In this document: positions 59,900 to 64,000 of the stretch, piece by piece
Layout: every line of letters starts with the position of its first letter
Position numbering within the stretch: the stretch's first letter is position 1
The notes under the pieces: generated by a model
What the model was told of the DNA's origin: nothing
What the model saw: the letters and a program-made list of their open reading frames with translations, nothing else
The model's database searches: none
Translations under genes and position numbers: made by a program
Source: Planctomycetota bacterium
GTDB lineage: Bacteria; Planctomycetota; UBA1135; UBA2386
Assembly (NCBI GenBank): GCA_046290465.1
Contig: JBKAGP010000001.1
Location: forward strand, 2,368,001-2,432,000
Direction of reading: 5' to 3'
DNA length: 64,000 bases

Positions 59900-60436
59900 T
59901 TAGCCGAAGTCGTAGACGTAGGCCATGCGGTCCTTGCGCAGGATCGCGTAGTCGAGGGAGCCGAGGATCTTGAGTTCGGGGTGCTTCAGGTCGAGGCCGC
60001 GAACGGTCGGGGCCTGCATGATGAAGTACTTGCGGCCGGTCAGCGGGTTGGACTCGTAGGCGCCCGGTTCGATCTGGCCGCCGACCTCGAACTGCACCGA
60101 GCCGTTGTAGAACGCGCGGATGCGGTTGCGCTTGTCGTTGCCCGCCAGCCGGCGCAGGGTGTCGTCGCCGGCGACGTCGACCAGTTCGTGCGCCAGGATC
60201 AGCTCCCGCGTGTTGACCATCACGGTCGGCGTCTTGATGACCTCGTTGTTGCGCAGCGACACCAGCGTCGCGTCGTGCACCGCCAGGTAGCTGCGCTGGT
60301 AGTCCTCGAGCACGTTCGACAGCCGCTTGGTCTTGTTCTGCAGGCGCCCCTTGATCAGGAACACGTCGGTCAGGAACAGGTCCTCGACGAACACCGGCGA
60401 GGCGGTGCCGCCGCTCTGATCAGGATTCTCGTTCAT
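59900..60436 (-). CDS. Conserved hypothetical protein (DUF6812-like)
   Basis: MNENPDQ...; LT..F.I.G.....RLS..L......L.V.DA; clean GC3 codon bias. The DUF call is from memory of the motif only. Confidence 0.6.
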   Translation of the reverse strand: MNENPDQSGGTASPVFVEDLFLTDVFLIKGRLQNKTKRLSNVLEDYQRSYLAVHDATLVSLRNNEVIKTPTVMVNTRELILAHELVDVAGDDTLRRLAGNDKRNRIRAFYNGSVQFEVGGQIEPGAYESNPLTGRKYFIMQAPTVRGLDLKHPELKILGSLDYAILRKDRMAYVYDFG

Positions 60437-61727
60437 GCTGTGGGCGCGGGTCGTTGCCGTCGACGAGCCGTCGCACGGCTCCGGCGAGGTAGAACGAACC
60501 GACGACCAGCCGCGGCCCAGGTCGATCGCGCAGCGTGCGCAACCCCGAGACGACGTCCGGCGCCACTTCGCTCCGCGCGCCGCGCTCGGCGAGCCACCCC
60601 GCGATCGTCGCGGGATCCTCGCCGGGCGTGCCCGACAGTTCGGTGACAACGAAGCTATCGGCAACGGGCAGCAGCGCACTCAAGCCTTCCCGCCAGCGTT
60701 TGCCGGCCGCCGCGGCGGTCAGCACGGCCGGCCGCAGCCCCGGATAGCGGCGGGCGAGCTCGTCGGCGACGGCCCGCAGCGAGTCCACGGTGTGCGCGCC
60801 GTCGAGCACCAGCACCTGCCCGTCGGCCTCGACGAACACCTCGAACCGGCACGCGAGCTGCGGCGTCGGCACCGGATCGAGCACCAGCGGCAGGTCGGGC
60901 AGCACGCGGTGGAGCGTCGCCGCCGCCAGCGCCAGCGCCGGCAGCGCGAACGCGCTCGCGTCCGGCAGCACGAACGGCTGGCAGCTGCCGTCCGGCAGCC
61001 ACAGTTCGCCGCGCGCCGCATCGGCCCGGTGCGACAGCCCGCGCAGCCCGAAGTGCTCACCGAGGACCAGCAGTTCGGCGTCGACCGCGCGCGCGTGCGC
61101 TCGCACGACCTCGAGCGCGTCGCCGGTCGTGCCGGTCAGGCCGAGCCCGCCCGGCCGGATCACCGGCGCCTTCTCGCCGGCGATCTTCGCGATCGTGTCG
61201 CCCAGCACCTCGGTGTGCTCGAGTTCGATGCGCGTCACGATCGCGGCGTCGACCGCGACGGCCGTGGTCGCGTCGTGGCGGCCACCGAGGCCGACCTCGT
61301 AGATCGCGAGGTCGACGCCGCTCTGCGCGAACCACTCGACCGCCGCCGCCGTCATTGCCTCGAAGAACGTCGGCGGCCGCGCGGCGTCGACCGCCAGCAG
61401 CGCCGTCAGCAGCCGTTCGAGCGCCTCGACCGGCACCGGTTCGCCGGCGACGCGGATCCGTTCGCGCAGCGTCACCACGTGCGGCGAGCTGTAGCTGCCC
61501 GCTCGGCGGCCGGCGGCGCCGACCAGCGCCTCGCAGAACGCGGCGGTCGTGCCCTTGCCCTTGCTGCCGGCGACCTGCACCGCCGGACGCGCGGGACCGG
61601 ATGCATCGTCGCGACGTAGCAGGCGCTGGATCGCCGCGAGATCCCACTCGCGCTGGTCCGGCCGCAGCCGTTCGTAGTCGACCATGCGGTCGAGCAGAGG
61701 TCGCAGACGTTCGGCGGCAGGATCCAC
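60420..61727 (-). CDS. folC: Folylpolyglutamate synthase/dihydrofolate synthase
   Basis: VAGSKGKGTT, YSSPH, ERIR, TFFEAMT, EVGLGG..DAT, IELEH...LG.T...IA.EK, LDGAHT, GSFYLAG. Confidence 0.92.
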   Translation of the reverse strand: MDPAAERLRPLLDRMVDYERLRPDQREWDLAAIQRLLRRDDASGPARPAVQVAGSKGKGTTAAFCEALVGAAGRRAGSYSSPHVVTLRERIRVAGEPVPVEALERLLTALLAVDAARPPTFFEAMTAAAVEWFAQSGVDLAIYEVGLGGRHDATTAVAVDAAIVTRIELEHTEVLGDTIAKIAGEKAPVIRPGGLGLTGTTGDALEVVRAHARAVDAELLVLGEHFGLRGLSHRADAARGELWLPDGSCQPFVLPDASAFALPALALAAATLHRVLPDLPLVLDPVPTPQLACRFEVFVEADGQVLVLDGAHTVDSLRAVADELARRYPGLRPAVLTAAAAGKRWREGLSALLPVADSFVVTELSGTPGEDPATIAGWLAERGARSEVAPDVVSGLRTLRDRPGPRLVVGSFYLAGAVRRLVDGNDPRPQHERES

Positions 61728-61808
61728 GTGAGGCTTTTCTCCTGCGCCCCCTGGGCGCACGGACGACGAAGCGCAACACTACCGACTGGCCCCCCACCCT
61801 GGAAACGC

Positions 61809-62801
61809 ATGCGCGCGATCCTCTACTCCTCCATCGCCCTCTTCACCCTCGTCAGCCTCCTGCCCGGCCAGCGCGGCCGGCGCCGCAGCCAGGCGCCCGC
61901 GGAGATGAAGAACTTCACGTTCGAGGAGGAGATGTTCCAGAGCGACGCCGTCGACCGCCGCATGCCCTACGGCATCTACCTGCCGAAGGACTACGACGCC
62001 GAGCAGAACGCCGGCAAGACCTGGCCCCTGGTGATCTGGCTGCACGGCATGTGGGAGGACCACATGCGCTTCCACACCCGCGGCGGCGCGCAGATGCTCG
62101 ACCGCGCCGTCAGCGAGATGCGCATGCCGCAGTGCATCTTCGTGACGGCCAACGCCGGCCGCTCGTCGATGTACATGAACCGCGGCAAGGAGCGCTGGCA
62201 GGACCTGATCAGCAAGGACCTGCTCGAGCACGTCAGCAAGAACTATCGCGTCAGCAAGAAGCGCGACGAACGCGCGCTGATGGGCGTGTCGATGGGCGGC
62301 ATGGGCGCGCTGCGGATCGCGTTCACCCACCCGGAGCTGTTCGGCGCGGTCGCCGTGCACAGCTCGGCGGTGTTCGCCAAGGACCCCGAGGACATGCCCG
62401 ATCGCATCAAGACGTTCGCCGGCCGGCTCGGCTTCGGCACGCCGATCGACAAGGAGCTGTGGCAGAAGGTCAACCCGACCTGCATCGCCGACAAGCTCGA
62501 GAGCAAGGACCTGTTGGGGCTGCGCATCTACTTCGACGCCGGCTCCGACGACCGCTACGGCTTCGACTCGGGCAACGAACTGCTGCACGAGTGCCTCGAG
62601 AAGCGCAAGATCGCGCACCAGTGGCGGCTGATCCCGGGCGGTGGCCACTCGTGGGGCAACCGCTTCCAGGACCGCACGCTGCCGTTCTCGTTCCAGTTCG
62701 TCGGCAAGCTGTTCCGCGGCGAGGACGTCGACGGCAAGCCGCTGCGCAAGGGCGACGGCAAGGCCGATCGCAAGGGCGATAGGGCCGACGGCGGCCGGTA
62801 G
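61809..62801 (+). CDS. Secreted putative esterase (alpha/beta hydrolase, Esterase family)
   Basis: YGIYLP..Y, PLVIWLHG, RALMGVSMGG.GA, D.GSDD, GGGHSW; signal ..SLLPGQ. Confidence 0.87.
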   Translation: MRAILYSSIALFTLVSLLPGQRGRRRSQAPAEMKNFTFEEEMFQSDAVDRRMPYGIYLPKDYDAEQNAGKTWPLVIWLHGMWEDHMRFHTRGGAQMLDRAVSEMRMPQCIFVTANAGRSSMYMNRGKERWQDLISKDLLEHVSKNYRVSKKRDERALMGVSMGGMGALRIAFTHPELFGAVAVHSSAVFAKDPEDMPDRIKTFAGRLGFGTPIDKELWQKVNPTCIADKLESKDLLGLRIYFDAGSDDRYGFDSGNELLHECLEKRKIAHQWRLIPGGGHSWGNRFQDRTLPFSFQFVGKLFRGEDVDGKPLRKGDGKADRKGDRADGGR

Positions 62802-62929
62802 CGAACCGTCCCGTTGCGCGAAAATGCGCGGCGATCCGTCAATCGGGGCTGCATCCAGGCCGATCGGCCCTGCTAGAGGAGGAGGGAGGCCGGGCGCCCA
62901 ATGGGGGGCGGTCGCGGCGTCCGATCGCC

Positions 62930-63355
62930 ATGTTCAGCCTCGAACACCGCATCCGCGTCTTTGTGTTCCAGGTGCTCGACGAACGCGTCGAGTTCCTGCT
63001 GTTGCGCCACAAGCCGCGCGAGGAGTGGCCGCTCGGCCCGGTCGTCGGTCCGGTGACACCGGGCGAGAAGCTCGAAGAAGCGATCCGCCGCGAGGTCGAG
63101 GCCGAGACCGGCCTGCGCCGCCCGGTGCACCTGCAGGAACTCACCCAACCCCAGAAGGAACTGTTCGGGGACGTGGGCGTAGTGGAGTGGCCTTACGCGT
63201 GGCAGGCAGGAACCCCCGGCGAACCGGTCGCCGACCTGACCCCCGGCCCGATGATCGGCGAGCTGCAGTGGCTGCCGTTCGACGAGGCATTTCAACGACT
63301 TGAAAACGGCGGCGACAGGGACGCACTGGTGCGCCTGCAGCTCAGCCTGCAATAA
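62930..63355 (+). CDS. NUDIX hydrolase (variant Nudix box)
   Basis: GPVTPGEKLEEAIRREVEAETGL. Confidence 0.8.
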   Translation: MFSLEHRIRVFVFQVLDERVEFLLLRHKPREEWPLGPVVGPVTPGEKLEEAIRREVEAETGLRRPVHLQELTQPQKELFGDVGVVEWPYAWQAGTPGEPVADLTPGPMIGELQWLPFDEAFQRLENGGDRDALVRLQLSLQ

Positions 63356-63439
63356 TCTTCCCCCCAGGTTGCGGAGATCGCCGTATACCCGCACCCTTGC
63401 GCCCGCTTTCTGCCGGGTTCGCCCCCTCTGATTCCCCTC

Positions 63440-63832
63440 ATGACCGACGACACCAAGCGCGCTGACGCGCAAGCCCCCGCCGACAACGGCGAAGTCCTCG
63501 CCGACGGCCGCCTGCCCAGCTCCAACATGCGCAGCTATGCGATGCTGACGCCGGAGCTGAAGCAGCTCTACATGGGCTTCTACAAGGCGACCTACGGCAA
63601 GACGCAGCTGGACCTCAAGACCAAGGAGTTCATCGCCATCGCCGCCGCGCTGACGTCGGGCTGCAAGGGCTGCCTCGAGGGCCACCTCAAGAAGGCCAAG
63701 CGCGAGGGCGCGACCAGCGAGGAGATCAGCGAGGTCATCGCCGTGACGCTCAGCGTCAACGCCGCGACGATCGTCGACCGCAGCGACATCGCGAACTTCC
63801 ACCTGGGCGGCCTGTTCGACAAGCCGGAGTGA
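63440..63832 (+). CDS. Carboxymuconolactone decarboxylase / AhpD-like protein
   Basis: LD.KTKEFIAIAAA...GCKGCL..H...A...GAT.EEI.E.I. Confidence 0.88.
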   Translation: MTDDTKRADAQAPADNGEVLADGRLPSSNMRSYAMLTPELKQLYMGFYKATYGKTQLDLKTKEFIAIAAALTSGCKGCLEGHLKKAKREGATSEEISEVIAVTLSVNAATIVDRSDIANFHLGGLFDKPE

Positions 63833-63918
63833 TCGGACCAAACCGACCACCCCGTCTGCCCGTTGGAGCTGGTGTGAAGACGCTCGGCTCCCGGAACTCC
63901 CACCGCATCCTCCCCCAG

Positions 63919-64000
63919 ATGCCCTCGTGGGTGCGCTACGTGGTGGCAGGTTTCATCGCCGCCTGCTTCGCCTACGCGATCTGGCTGCTCAACCGCGTCG
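63919..64000 (+). CDS. 3'-partial hypothetical membrane protein
   Basis: MPSWVRYVVAGFIAACFAYAIWLLNRV runs off the window. Confidence 0.4.
   Translation, partial: MPSWVRYVVAGFIAACFAYAIWLLNRV

Overview
Very GC-rich (roughly 70%+ by eye) bacterial chromosomal segment with about 45 tightly packed CDS. It is most plausibly from Planctomycetota (inference from the tpiA-secG-yicC-gmk-coaC synteny, an ECF sigma/Ser-Thr kinase pair, PEP-CTERM and many secreted beta-propeller proteins). Housekeeping genes (aroF, tpiA, secG, yicC, gmk, coaC, prmA-like, rsmJ, gluQ, rsgA, folC) are interleaved with a small surface-polysaccharide locus (KpsS-like, Wzx, methyltransferase, GT2, GT4), a hybrid histidine kinase, an HcnCAB/LhpBEF-like oxidase operon, a GH29 fucosidase, an M19 dipeptidase, an RND efflux system, a phosphoesterase-ECF sigma-kinase module and an FHA-like/GAF sigma54 activator facing an atypical kinase. 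The most striking unexplained structure is seven otherwise unrelated secreted proteins ending in a similar ~120-135 aa C-terminal domain (candidate protein-sorting or anchoring signal), with signal peptides that expose an N-terminal Gln. Two of them are built from an unrecognised ~220-aa domain present in four copies. Two families of REP/REPIN-like palindromes, tandem repeats sitting where stop codons are expected, and several apparent leaderless promoters are also visible. No rRNA, tRNA, CRISPR array, transposase or integrase was recognised. All domain calls come from motifs read by eye; no database search was run.
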